IMG/VR virus record: IMGVR_UViG_3300037962_000555
Location: 1 to 55,391 of that record
Reading direction: 5' to 3' (one strand)
Length of the DNA: 55,391 nucleotides
Source: a virus
Taxonomy: Duplodnaviria > Caudoviricetes
The position numbers were made by a program, and so were the translations under genes. This document shows, piece after piece, positions 27,058-37,156 of the stretch. Numbering within the stretch: the first letter of the stretch is position 1; every line of letters starts with the position of its first letter. The notes beneath the pieces are model-generated. The model was not told the origin of the DNA. It worked only from the letters and a program-made list of their open reading frames with translations, and did no database searches.

Positions 27058-28521
27058 TTGATCAACTTAGGCCACCTAGCTGAAAGCGACATGAAGGAGA
27101 TCCTTCAGTTGCAGGACCGACTTGATTTCCTGAACACACAGGAAGCGTGCCGGGACTCCTTTATGGAGTACATCAGATATATCTGGCCTGGGTTTATTGA
27201 GGGTGAACACCACCGTGTGATTGCAGAAAGGCTCACGGCGGTTGCGAAGGGGGAGTTGAAAAGGCTGATTATCAACATGCCACCTCGTCATACAAAGTCT
27301 GAGTTTGCCTCAATCTACTTTCCGAGTTGGATGATGGGACTCCAGCCCAATCTCAAAATTATGCAGACCACTCACACTGCTGACTTATCCATAAATTTTG
27401 GCAGAAAGGTCAGGAACCTTATGGACACGGAGGAATATACCAAAATTTTTCAAGACGTTAACTTAGCTGCTGACTCAAAGAGTGCGGGTAAGTGGCAAAC
27501 ATCGAAGGGTGGAGAGTATTTTGCGGCTGGTGTAGGTGGTGCGATTGCAGGTCGAGGTGCAGATCTATTGATTATTGACGATCCGCACTCTGAACAAGAC
27601 GCGATGAGCATGAATCTATTGGATTCCTGCTACGAATGGTACACATCTGGACCCAGACAGCGCCTACAGCCAGGTGGTGCGATCGTTATTGTCATGACGA
27701 GGTGGTCTACAATGGACCTGACGGGTCGTTTGTTGACTCGACAGACTGAATTGAACTCTGATCAGTGGGAAGTTATCGAGTTACCAGCCATTTTTGAGGA
27801 CACAGACGAGGTTTTGTGGCCTGAGTTCTGGCAAAAAGAGGAGTTGGAGAGTGTTAAGGCTTCGATTCCGGTTACAAAGTGGAATGCACAGTACCAACAG
27901 AACCCAACTTCGGAAGAAGGGGCGATTATCAAGCGTGATTGGTGGCAGATTTGGGACAGTGAGACCCCACCTGCGTGTCATTACGTGATCCAGAGCTATG
28001 ATACGGCGTTTTCCAAGAAAGAAACTGCAGATTACAGTGCGATTACGACTTGGGGGGTGTTTTCTCCAGGTGAGGGCAGTGGTGATGCGATTATTTTGTT
28101 GGATGCACAGCGAGGCCGGTGGGATTTTACGGATCTGAAGTTTATTGCACAGGAGCAGTACAACGAATACCGCCCTGACATGGTGTTGGTGGAGGCACAG
28201 GCGAGTGGTACGCCCCTGACGCATGAGTTGAGAGCGATGGGTATCCCTGTTGTGAACTATAGGCCGAGTCGGGGCAACGATAAGATGACTCGTGTTCATG
28301 CGGTCAGCCCTGTTTTCGAGGCTGGTATGGTTTGGGCGCCTGACAAAATGTTTGCGGATGAGGTAATTGAGGAATGTGCGGCGTTCCCGTTTGCACCGAA
28401 TGATGATTATGTGGACACCACTACCCAAGCTATATTAAGGTTCAGGCAAGGTAACTTTATTAACCTTTATTCTGACGAGATTGAAGAGGAAGTTTACCGT
28501 GCGAAGCGCGCATATTATTAG
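27058..28521 (+). CDS. terL: Terminase large subunit
   Basis: NMPPRHTKS, GRGADLLIIDDP, MTRW, YQQNP, SYDTA, DDYVD. Confidence 0.96.
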   Translation: MINLGHLAESDMKEILQLQDRLDFLNTQEACRDSFMEYIRYIWPGFIEGEHHRVIAERLTAVAKGELKRLIINMPPRHTKSEFASIYFPSWMMGLQPNLKIMQTTHTADLSINFGRKVRNLMDTEEYTKIFQDVNLAADSKSAGKWQTSKGGEYFAAGVGGAIAGRGADLLIIDDPHSEQDAMSMNLLDSCYEWYTSGPRQRLQPGGAIVIVMTRWSTMDLTGRLLTRQTELNSDQWEVIELPAIFEDTDEVLWPEFWQKEELESVKASIPVTKWNAQYQQNPTSEEGAIIKRDWWQIWDSETPPACHYVIQSYDTAFSKKETADYSAITTWGVFSPGEGSGDAIILLDAQRGRWDFTDLKFIAQEQYNEYRPDMVLVEAQASGTPLTHELRAMGIPVVNYRPSRGNDKMTRVHAVSPVFEAGMVWAPDKMFADEVIEECAAFPFAPNDDYVDTTTQAILRFRQGNFINLYSDEIEEEVYRAKRAYY

Positions 28522-28530
28522 GAGGAACTG

Positions 28531-29430
28531 ATGGCTACAGGAAGGATGAAGGCAGCGGGAAAAAAGAAGTTATCTCTTTTTGAAGAAGAAAAAAAACCGA
28601 CTACCAGTAGAAAAGCGAGGAGAGACCAACAAGCTGCCAAAAGAGTAGCTGAAAGGGAGGCTGCTCCTGTTAAGGAAACCAAAAGAACAACTAGGCTTCA
28701 GTCAAGAAAGAAAGCTGAAGCTGCCAGAAAGAAAATGGCCGAAGAAGCGGCTGCTAACAAGAAGCCTAAAAATGTAACTGGTGGAAGATCAAGAGCAGCA
28801 CAGAAAAAAGGATTAGCTGGAGGCGCGCAAAAGTTTTCTGCACCTGCACCTCAACCTAAGTCTTCTTCTCCGAAACCTGCCGCAAAAGGTAGTGGTGCGG
28901 GTGCAGGATCTACTGCAAAAACCACCACAAAGAAAAAGAAAAATATTGTCAGCCGAATTGTTGGCGGCACTGTCGGTGGAGCCAAGCGAGTTCTTTTAGG
29001 TAAAGACAAAAAGTTTGGTGGTGATCGAGGTCTTATTGATTTTGTAAGAAAAGCAGACAAAGACAAAAAGAAAAAGTTCACCTCTCCTGCCAGTGGTAAG
29101 AGTCGCAGACCCGGTGGTAAGGCCATGGGCGGCATGATGAAGAAGGGCTACGCCATGGGTGGCGCTGCCATGAAGAAGAAAGGCTACAAGAAAGGCGGTG
29201 CTGCAGGTAAGTTCCCTGATCTGACAGGTGATGGAAAGGTCACACAGAAGGATATCCTGAGAGGTCGTGGCGTACCTGGAATCAAGAAGGGTGGGGCTAT
29301 GACCAAGAAAGGTTACGCCAAGGGTGGACCAGCCATGAAATCTAAGAGTGCAAGCAAAGGTGGAGTTCGCAGAGGGAAGCCTCGCGGAGTTGGTGTAGCA
29401 CTAAGAGGATATGGAAAAGCACTAAAATAA
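28531..29430 (+). CDS. Very basic Lys-rich protein, putative internal DNA-binding virion protein
   Basis: K/R/A/G-rich; six xxxGG repeats; DLTGDGKVTQKD EF-hand-like loop. Confidence 0.65.
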   Translation: MATGRMKAAGKKKLSLFEEEKKPTTSRKARRDQQAAKRVAEREAAPVKETKRTTRLQSRKKAEAARKKMAEEAAANKKPKNVTGGRSRAAQKKGLAGGAQKFSAPAPQPKSSSPKPAAKGSGAGAGSTAKTTTKKKKNIVSRIVGGTVGGAKRVLLGKDKKFGGDRGLIDFVRKADKDKKKKFTSPASGKSRRPGGKAMGGMMKKGYAMGGAAMKKKGYKKGGAAGKFPDLTGDGKVTQKDILRGRGVPGIKKGGAMTKKGYAKGGPAMKSKSASKGGVRRGKPRGVGVALRGYGKALK

Positions 29431-29439
29431 GGAAAAATT

Positions 29440-30117
29440 TTGCCCTATCTCCAAAGCAATATCCCGCACTTTAAAGCGTGGGTAAGAAGGGAATACACTG
29501 TTAATCACGAGCGATACCATGGCGAGTTTCTACACGCCATGGTGATTGCTGTTACCACTATGCCAACGAGATGCCTGAGTTTTCAGGTGATCTTTACTGG
29601 CTGTGAAGCAGATGAAGAAGACGAGCCTAATGTACACGGCGGTGCTATGTGGGCGCGAATGCCTATCACTGCGCTAGTTGCTGATACACCTTTTGAAGAA
29701 TGGCCTGAACCGATGGCTGTTCATGATGCACAACCCTGGGATTGTTCTTCGCACACACATGCAGTGTATGTGCTTGATCGATGCACTCCATGTCCATGGC
29801 TGGCTAAGATCGATGGCGAGTTCTATCCTGCAAAATATTATTTCACTGTTGATTATGCAGAGAATGAGATTGCTGATGATCCTGCACAACACAAACAATC
29901 ACACGTTATGGAATTGTTGGATGCGGGGCCATGGACAGGAAATATTGTTGCGCTACCAAACAATCGTGTTAGGGTGACTCATCCAGCCTGGTTTGAGACA
30001 GGTAATGGTGCGCCAGACTTTAAACCGTCACAGCATATCCACTACAGCAAATCGGACTTGGATTATACTTTGGATGTCAATAGAATCTTTGACAACCTGT
30101 ACGCAGACAAAGAGTAA
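29440..30117 (+). CDS. Conserved globular protein upstream of portal
   Basis: 225 aa; PWDCSSH, HKQSH, PNNR; AAGGA SD with TTG start. Confidence 0.75.
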   Translation: MPYLQSNIPHFKAWVRREYTVNHERYHGEFLHAMVIAVTTMPTRCLSFQVIFTGCEADEEDEPNVHGGAMWARMPITALVADTPFEEWPEPMAVHDAQPWDCSSHTHAVYVLDRCTPCPWLAKIDGEFYPAKYYFTVDYAENEIADDPAQHKQSHVMELLDAGPWTGNIVALPNNRVRVTHPAWFETGNGAPDFKPSQHIHYSKSDLDYTLDVNRIFDNLYADKE

Positions 30118-30120
30118 GCC

Positions 30121-32640
30121 ATGGCAATTGAAAAAGGCGTTGATGATATTGATATGGATGAACTCGATATCGAGGATTCGTCCAAAGAGATAGTTATTGG
30201 CGTAGAGGGTCAAGACGATCAATTCATAGAAGAAGAAGACGTTCAGACTCTGGACGATGGCACCATGGTGTTTGGCGAAGCAGATATGCTTGATGCGCCA
30301 ATGATAGGTTTCAACGACAATCTTGCGGAGATGATGGAAGAGGGAGACTTGGGAAGGGTCTTCAGCGACTGCATGACTGATATCGATGATGATAAAGCCT
30401 CACGCAAAGATTGGATGGATCAATACAAGGAAGGACTTGAATTCCTGGGGATGAAGTTTGAAGACCGGACTGAACCGTTTGATGGTGCATCTGGTGTCAT
30501 TCATCCCCTTCTAGCAGAATCAGTCACACAGTTTCAGGCCACAGCCTACAAAGAATTGTTACCAGCTGGTGGTCCGGTCAAGACACAAACTGTTGGCATG
30601 GGTACACCAGCTACTGATCTGCAAGCATCTCGTGTTCAGGAATACATGAACTATCTCCTCATGCAGGAGATGAAAGAGTATGACCCTGAGACAGACCAGT
30701 TGTTGTTTTATCTGCCGCTATCAGGCAGCGCGTTTCGTAAGGTTCATTTTGATCAGGCGATAGGCAGACCTGTATCTCGTTTCATACCTTCTGAAAAACT
30801 GATTGTTCCGTATGGCACCACCAGTTTGGAAAGCGCAGTGCGTATCACTCACGTTGTGGATATGCCAACGAATGAAGTGAGAAAGCTGCAACAGTCTGGT
30901 TTCTACAAAAAGACTGCAATATCGAACCGTGGCTCTGATGGCGAGAGCTATGATGAAGTTGAAGAAGAGATAGATGAGCTACAGGGCGTAAAGCCTTCGG
31001 GGGGAGGAGACTACGAGTCTGAGCTCTACGAAATACACATGGACCTTGATCTGCCAGGATTCGAGGACATTGATGCAGAGGGCAACGAAACAGGTATCAA
31101 ACTACCGTATATCGTAACGATTTTGCCCAAACAGTCTGCTGTTTTATCAATAAGAAGAAATTACAACCAGAATGATCCGATGCGTAAGCGCATAGATTAT
31201 TTTGTACATTACAAGTTTTTACCCGGTGTTGGATTCTATGGGTTTGGATTAACCCATATGATTGGTGGTTTGTCTAAAGCCTCGACTTCGATCTTACGGC
31301 AGTTGATTGATGCGGGTACTTTGGCAAACCTTCCAGCAGGTTTTAAGGCACGAGGCATTAGGATCAGGGACGATGATACTCCCCTCCAGCCAGGTGAGTT
31401 TAGGGACATGGACGCACCTGGTGGATCATTACGTGATGCCTTGTTGCCTTTACCTTTCAAGGAGCCAAGCGGCACACTATTATCGCTACTTGGTATGTTG
31501 GTTGATTCAGGTAAACGCTTTGCATCAATAGCTGATATGCAGGTTGGTGACGGCAACCAACAAGCACCTGTGGGTACAACGATTGCGCTTCTTGAAAGAG
31601 GTAGTCGAGTCATGAGCGCGATACACAAGCGACTGCACTATTCGCAGAAGATTGAGTTCAATCTGCTTGCAAGAGTGATTAAAGAGTCACCTGTCAAAGC
31701 GTATCCATATATGATTGCGAATGGTCAGCAGCAGTTGATGGCAACTGACTTTGACGATCGTATCGACATACTACCTGTATCAGACCCGAATATATTCTCC
31801 ATGAGTCAGCGCGTGATGATGGCTCAAGAGATGTTACAGATGGTTCAGTCCAATCCACAGATTCATGGACCGATGGGTATCTACAATGCGTATCGCAGGA
31901 TGTATGAGGCGATGGGCATACAGCAGGTTGATCAGATACTACCTGCACCACCACAGCCGCAACCTGTATCTTCTGCTATGGAGAACTCAGGATTCCTGCA
32001 GGGACAACCCGCACAAGCTTTTCAAGATCAAGATCACGATGCACATATCGCTGCACACTTACAGCTGTACAGCACCTTTGTAGTTCAGAATGTACCACCC
32101 GGACAGCAACAAGGTTTGGCTTTGATTCAGTCACATATCTATCAGCATGTTGATTTCAAAGCGCGTGAGGCTGCTATGCAAGACCCAGAAGTGGTGAACA
32201 TGCAACAACAACTACAAGTTGTTCAGCAACAAGCGATGACTAATCCGATGATGCAACAACAGGGACAACAAATGCAGCAGCAGATGATGCTGGTCGTTGA
32301 AGACAAGGTTGCTCAGTTGACCACACAGATTCTACAAGAGTTGGCTCCTCAGTTTGCAGCTCCAGATCAGGAAGATCCTTTGGTCGGACTGAGAAAAGAA
32401 GAGCTTGATATCAAGGCAGCGGATGTGGATCGTAAAGCCAGCGAAGGACAGCAGCGAATTGATCTCGAAAGAAGAAGAATCGATAATCAGGAAGATATCG
32501 GTGATGAGAGATTAGCAGCACAAGTTGCCATTGCAGACATGAAGAACGATACTGCACAGGATAGGATTGATGTGGCCAGACAACAGCAGATGGCAAAGAC
32601 TGCAGAGAACATGGCCAAGAACTTTTTTGGGGGTAGATAA
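30121..32640 (+). CDS. Portal protein
   Basis: 839 aa after terL; HPLLAE...FQA, FYGFGL, RQLIDAGTLANLP; Gln-rich coiled C-terminus as in P22-like portals. Confidence 0.88.
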   Translation: MAIEKGVDDIDMDELDIEDSSKEIVIGVEGQDDQFIEEEDVQTLDDGTMVFGEADMLDAPMIGFNDNLAEMMEEGDLGRVFSDCMTDIDDDKASRKDWMDQYKEGLEFLGMKFEDRTEPFDGASGVIHPLLAESVTQFQATAYKELLPAGGPVKTQTVGMGTPATDLQASRVQEYMNYLLMQEMKEYDPETDQLLFYLPLSGSAFRKVHFDQAIGRPVSRFIPSEKLIVPYGTTSLESAVRITHVVDMPTNEVRKLQQSGFYKKTAISNRGSDGESYDEVEEEIDELQGVKPSGGGDYESELYEIHMDLDLPGFEDIDAEGNETGIKLPYIVTILPKQSAVLSIRRNYNQNDPMRKRIDYFVHYKFLPGVGFYGFGLTHMIGGLSKASTSILRQLIDAGTLANLPAGFKARGIRIRDDDTPLQPGEFRDMDAPGGSLRDALLPLPFKEPSGTLLSLLGMLVDSGKRFASIADMQVGDGNQQAPVGTTIALLERGSRVMSAIHKRLHYSQKIEFNLLARVIKESPVKAYPYMIANGQQQLMATDFDDRIDILPVSDPNIFSMSQRVMMAQEMLQMVQSNPQIHGPMGIYNAYRRMYEAMGIQQVDQILPAPPQPQPVSSAMENSGFLQGQPAQAFQDQDHDAHIAAHLQLYSTFVVQNVPPGQQQGLALIQSHIYQHVDFKAREAAMQDPEVVNMQQQLQVVQQQAMTNPMMQQQGQQMQQQMMLVVEDKVAQLTTQILQELAPQFAAPDQEDPLVGLRKEELDIKAADVDRKASEGQQRIDLERRRIDNQEDIGDERLAAQVAIADMKNDTAQDRIDVARQQQMAKTAENMAKNFFGGR

Positions 32641-32882
32641 TGACCAGTAGTGTCAGAGCAAAAAGAGCAGCAGATCAGAAAGCTGCAAACCGGAAAGAAG
32701 AAGAGATGCGTCTTGCAAAGCTTGAAGGTCGTATCTTGGAAGCAGAAGAAATAGTTAAACAAGAAGCACCTGAAGAGCCAGTTACAGAAAAACCTGCACC
32801 TGCTCCGAAGAAGAAAGCTACAGCTAAGAAAGCACCTGCTAAAAAAGCTGCCGCGAAAAAAGCACCCGCTAAGAAAAAATAG
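32640..32882 (+). CDS. Small protein with histone H1-like AKK tail
   Basis: KKATAKKAPAKKAAAKKAPAKKK. Confidence 0.7.
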   Translation: MTSSVRAKRAADQKAANRKEEEMRLAKLEGRILEAEEIVKQEAPEEPVTEKPAPAPKKKATAKKAPAKKAAAKKAPAKKK

Positions 32883-32888
32883 GAAAAC

Positions 32889-33092
32889 ATGATGAATCCA
32901 ATCAAACGTCAAACATCTTTCAGTGACCCTAAAGTTTCAGACAGCAGTGTCACAATCAAAGACCAAGGCACTGTCAATTATGCGAAGGCAGAAGATGTGC
33001 CTAATCCTGGCGCACCTAAGCCATATGGCTCTGGTGAAATGCGAGGCGGTGGTGCTGCTCTTCGAGGTAAGAGGTTCTCAGGGGTTTACTAA
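32889..33092 (+). CDS. Small conserved protein ending RGGGAALRG
   Basis: 67 aa, AGGA SD. Confidence 0.7.
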   Translation: MMNPIKRQTSFSDPKVSDSSVTIKDQGTVNYAKAEDVPNPGAPKPYGSGEMRGGGAALRGKRFSGVY

Positions 33093-33782
33093 ATGCTTGG
33101 ACAAGCCAATGCTGACTATCTAGCTCAGGTTCGCGCAGAGAACCAAGCATATCAAAATAGAATAAATTCTGGCGAGTTGGTGCCAGATCCATCTCAAATG
33201 GATCAGGGTCCAACTAGATATGTCACCAAAGATGAGGCAACAAGACTTCAGGCGCAAGTTGATACACAAAGACAAACAGACCTTGCTAAAACTCCTGATC
33301 AGGTAAAACAAGAAATGCTTCGTCTTTCTAACGCACAAACAGGAGCTTTAGATCAGCTTTTTGGTAAACCAAATTTAGGTAATTCAATGAAAGCGATGCC
33401 AAGCGCATCAGGAGGTTTGGGTATGGGAAGCCCCGACCAACAAACTTTTGATCTTTTTCCAGCTCCAAAACCAGTAGGATTACCTGGATTATCAAATTTA
33501 AGAATAGATAATCAGGCACAGATGCAGCGTGGATTTATGCCTCAAGGAAATCAAGGTGGCATAAACCAGTTTATGAATTTTGTTCAGTCTATGATGCAGT
33601 TGTATCAAATGTTCAACAGCCAAGGTATGGGCGGTATGGGCGGTCAACAAGGATTTGGAGGCGGCTTTGGTGGAGGCATGCCACAAATGGGTGGCATGCA
33701 AGGTGGATATCAAGGATATGCCCCACCCATGGCTCCTAGAATGCAAAGACAAACCTTTGGCGGTCCATTTGGAGGTTATTGA
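33093..33782 (+). CDS. Gly/Gln/Met-rich low-complexity protein
   Basis: 229 aa, abuts both neighbours. Confidence 0.6.
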   Translation: MLGQANADYLAQVRAENQAYQNRINSGELVPDPSQMDQGPTRYVTKDEATRLQAQVDTQRQTDLAKTPDQVKQEMLRLSNAQTGALDQLFGKPNLGNSMKAMPSASGGLGMGSPDQQTFDLFPAPKPVGLPGLSNLRIDNQAQMQRGFMPQGNQGGINQFMNFVQSMMQLYQMFNSQGMGGMGGQQGFGGGFGGGMPQMGGMQGGYQGYAPPMAPRMQRQTFGGPFGGY

Positions 33783-35422
33783 TGGCTAGAAAACCAGAGA
33801 TGGTAGGAGACAAGCCGAAGTTTCGGATGGTGAAAGCCAAGAAAAGACGAGGCATAAGAGCTCTCGGCAGAAGAAGATCTATCGGCGGCATGGAGCGTCA
33901 GATACTTAATCCTGCCACTGGTAAATATGTTACCTATCTTGGTCCTAAACAAGAGATGCGTTTGTACAGCCCGAAAGCTCTTGCAAAGATTGAAAAGAAA
34001 GAGGGCGCTCAAAAGAAAAAAGCCGCTGATTTAAAGAAGAAAGCTCAAGATAAGTCAGGTGTAACTGCAAGAAGAAAGAAAGATCAAGATATCCTTGATC
34101 AAAAAATAGCGGGTACATACAAGCCAAAGAAAGTAGATCAAAAATTAATTGATAAGTTTAATCAGTCTGCTCTTGGCAAATCAGGAGATGGCAAAGTTTC
34201 ATTCGATCCATCTACTGGTAAATATACTTTGGATGCGTTTGGAGCTAAGAAGACCTATTCAGCAGATGAGTTTGCAAAAGCAATAGAAAAAAAGAAAGAA
34301 GCTCCCAAACCTCCTAAGCCTCCAAAAGCCGAACCAAAAACACCAGCTAAAGTTGCAAAGGGCAAGATAGAAAAAAGAAGACCTACCCGTGGTGAACCTG
34401 AACCTCCTACTAGAGTAGATACAACTCCTAAACCAAAAGCTCCTGCAAAAGCAAAAGTTGCTGCAAGACCAAGGTCTAGAGAAGACGTTCAAATCGACAT
34501 ACCAGAAGTGATTAATGTACCAGGTATTGGAGAAATTAGGCTTTCATCAACAACCCCTGCTGCGCCAAAGGCAGAGGTAAAAGCAAAACCTAAAAAAGAA
34601 GTAAAGACACCAAAGAAAGGCAGGATCAGAGAGCGAGAAGATATTCGAGTCGATACTCCTACAAGAGAAGATATCGATAAGATCATCAAAGACCTAGATA
34701 TCAAGATACCAAAAGTAATTGATATTCCTGGTGCTGGTCAGGTAACTATTCCTGCTGTATCTAAACCTCCTGTAGAAACTTCAGAAAGACCAATTGGGTA
34801 CAAGCCAGGTGAAATAGTTGGTGGACCGGATATTGGAAGAGAACCCGCACCAGATTTACCACCTGCGCCACCACCTGTAGTAAGACCCCCAATGCCGCCA
34901 CCTCCAAGTGATGTAATGCCTGGAGAGGTGTTCATGGATCAACCAGGACAAAGACCACCTGGAGATCCTGTTTCCGCACCAACACCTCCACCACAACCAC
35001 GGCTTGTGAGCGTTGATCCATTCAAAGGGTTTCAAGATGCATATAGACCAATAAATATTGTTGGGCAGTCTTTTGACCCATCTGTTAGGGATGATTATGA
35101 AAGACAAATGCAAGAAACAAGAGCAAGAATGATGCAGCCCGGTGGAAATATAAGAGCATCTGAGTATCCGACTTATCAAATGCCAACATTGGCAGTGCCA
35201 CAAACACAGTTTGGTGGATACGGACAGCCAATGCCTATAGCTCCGTTGCTTCCTTATGCAGGACTTGCAAGTGCAACAATGCCAGAGCAGGTAGAACGTA
35301 GAAGAGAACCTGCAAGTGGCGCTCGTGTTAATCCAGGCACAGGTGAGATAGAACCAGTTGGAATTGCACCAGATCCAAGATTATTAAATCTGCCGCCAGG
35401 TGTATCAGGTCCGATTAGGTAA
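33782..35422 (+). CDS. Lys/Pro-rich, probably disordered protein
   Basis: ~546 aa; basic N-half, Pro-rich C-half, duplicated IP.VI.(V/I)PG.G unit. Confidence 0.65.
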   Translation: MARKPEMVGDKPKFRMVKAKKRRGIRALGRRRSIGGMERQILNPATGKYVTYLGPKQEMRLYSPKALAKIEKKEGAQKKKAADLKKKAQDKSGVTARRKKDQDILDQKIAGTYKPKKVDQKLIDKFNQSALGKSGDGKVSFDPSTGKYTLDAFGAKKTYSADEFAKAIEKKKEAPKPPKPPKAEPKTPAKVAKGKIEKRRPTRGEPEPPTRVDTTPKPKAPAKAKVAARPRSREDVQIDIPEVINVPGIGEIRLSSTTPAAPKAEVKAKPKKEVKTPKKGRIREREDIRVDTPTREDIDKIIKDLDIKIPKVIDIPGAGQVTIPAVSKPPVETSERPIGYKPGEIVGGPDIGREPAPDLPPAPPPVVRPPMPPPPSDVMPGEVFMDQPGQRPPGDPVSAPTPPPQPRLVSVDPFKGFQDAYRPINIVGQSFDPSVRDDYERQMQETRARMMQPGGNIRASEYPTYQMPTLAVPQTQFGGYGQPMPIAPLLPYAGLASATMPEQVERRREPASGARVNPGTGEIEPVGIAPDPRLLNLPPGVSGPIR

Positions 35423-35425
35423 CAG

Positions 35426-35626
35426 ATGGATTCAGTTGCACTCGCGTCTTACATATATAAAAAACTGAATCAATACGAGCAGGGACATGTAGACTATGTT
35501 ACTTCAGGTAACATAAAAGATATGGAGGACTATAAATTTGTCATGGGTGAGTTATCAATGCTTCGCACCCTACGACAGGATCTAAAAGAAGCGTTGCACA
35601 TACAGGGAGATGAACTCGATGAGTGA
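35426..35626 (+). CDS. Small conserved protein preceding GroES
   Basis: G.IKDMEDYKF..G.L pattern; 66 aa. Confidence 0.7.
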   Translation: MDSVALASYIYKKLNQYEQGHVDYVTSGNIKDMEDYKFVMGELSMLRTLRQDLKEALHIQGDELDE

Positions 35627-36059
35627 GCCAAAACTGGACACTATCGCAAAACCGTCCGTTACGGATGCATATGTTAGCGAAGAAGAACGGGTCTTAGACC
35701 CCACCGTGTTAGATAAATCACTGGTTGAACGAATGCCTGACCCCTCTGGGTGGAGACTTCTAGTCTTGCCATACAAGGGAAAAGGTATCACTGATGGTGG
35801 TATACACCTTCTTGATTCCACTGTGGATAAAGAAAACCTAGCCACATCAGTGTGTTATGTATTGAAGGTCGGTCCTTTGGCTTACAAAGACGATACAAAG
35901 TTTGAGGGCATACCATGGTGCAAGAAAGGAGATTGGGTGCTTATCGGTAGATATGCAGGAGCTCGCTTTGCACTAGAGGATGATCATGAAGTCAGAATTA
36001 TTAATGATGATGAAGTGATCGGAACAATACTAAATCCAGACGATATTAAATCTGCATAG
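35619..36059 (+). CDS. groES: Phage co-chaperonin GroES-like
   Basis: PSGWRLLV, TDGGIHL, VLKVGP.AY, KKGDWVL..RYAG, RIINDDEV. Confidence 0.9.
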   Translation: MSEPKLDTIAKPSVTDAYVSEEERVLDPTVLDKSLVERMPDPSGWRLLVLPYKGKGITDGGIHLLDSTVDKENLATSVCYVLKVGPLAYKDDTKFEGIPWCKKGDWVLIGRYAGARFALEDDHEVRIINDDEVIGTILNPDDIKSA

Positions 36060-36067
36060 GTGAAAAC

Positions 36068-37156
36068 ATGGCTGAAGAAACACTAACCGAAGCTCTGGCT
36101 AATCTTAATGATGAGAATATTGAGAAAGCCTCGCTTCCAGAAAACAGAAGAGTAGAAGAAGAAACATCCGAAGAGGTCGCAGTAATCGACCTCGATGAAG
36201 AGGATGTTCAAGAAATAGAACCGATTACAGAAGATGTAGTCAAAGAAGACTTTGATGCAAAGCCGATAGATGAAGATGAAGAATTATCTGAGGCAGAGCG
36301 CAGAACAAGAACTTCTCAGGACAGAATAAACAAAGCTGTCGCGCAAGCAAAAGAGTTTCAACGAAGAGAACTACAAGCACTGCAGTATGTAAAAGAACTG
36401 CAGGAGCAAAACAAAAATCTTTCAGGCCAGTTACTTAGTTCTCAACAATCATCATCTCAAGAAAATATGCGCCTTCAAGAGGGGTATAGAGATGAGTTTG
36501 AAACGAGAGTGGAAACTCAAGCACAAGCTGCAAAGAATGCCTATAAGACTGCCTATGAGTCTGGTGATCCAGACAGAATGGCAGATGCTCAACAACTTAT
36601 TGCACAAGCAGAAGCTGATAGAGCAGCGTTGAATAAGTACAAGCAGGACTATGAGGATTACAAAGTTCAGTATCAGGCCTGGTTGGAAAATCAAGAGGCC
36701 AGCCAGGAGCAAACCTTTGAAGATCTTCAACGTGAGCAAGGTCTTACTAATCCCGTTTACGGGCAACCACAGAACGAACCTGTCTATCAAGAGCCTTCTG
36801 CGAGAGCTCAACAGTGGGCAGAAGAGAATGAATGGTTTGGAACTGACCAGGCAATGACTGATCAAGTCATGGCAATTCATAATAGGTTGGCTGCAACGCA
36901 GATTGACTTAGAATCAGATGAATACTATTCTCAAATTAACAAGCAGATGAGGGAAGCTTTTCCTCATAAGTTTGATATCGCGGGGGATGAAACTACCGTC
37001 CAAAAAGTAGTCTCCGGATCGCGCACAACTGGAACTGGACGCAATCAAAATAATCGTAGGATTGAGTTGAGTCCTAGCGAACAGCAACTTGCTAAAAGGC
37101 TAGGAGTACCATTCAAGGAATACGCAAAACAAAAAATGAGGTTACAGAGATCATGA
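36068..37156 (+). CDS. Probable scaffolding protein
   Basis: Acidic coiled coil; W...N.WFG; C-terminal LS.SEQQLAKRLGV...EYAK; upstream of capsid. Confidence 0.7.
   Translation: MAEETLTEALANLNDENIEKASLPENRRVEEETSEEVAVIDLDEEDVQEIEPITEDVVKEDFDAKPIDEDEELSEAERRTRTSQDRINKAVAQAKEFQRRELQALQYVKELQEQNKNLSGQLLSSQQSSSQENMRLQEGYRDEFETRVETQAQAAKNAYKTAYESGDPDRMADAQQLIAQAEADRAALNKYKQDYEDYKVQYQAWLENQEASQEQTFEDLQREQGLTNPVYGQPQNEPVYQEPSARAQQWAEENEWFGTDQAMTDQVMAIHNRLAATQIDLESDEYYSQINKQMREAFPHKFDIAGDETTVQKVVSGSRTTGTGRNQNNRRIELSPSEQQLAKRLGVPFKEYAKQKMRLQRS

Noticed and set aside
27781-28428. 215-aa antisense ORF inside terL
   Set aside because: No motifs; typical antisense shadow of a conserved gene
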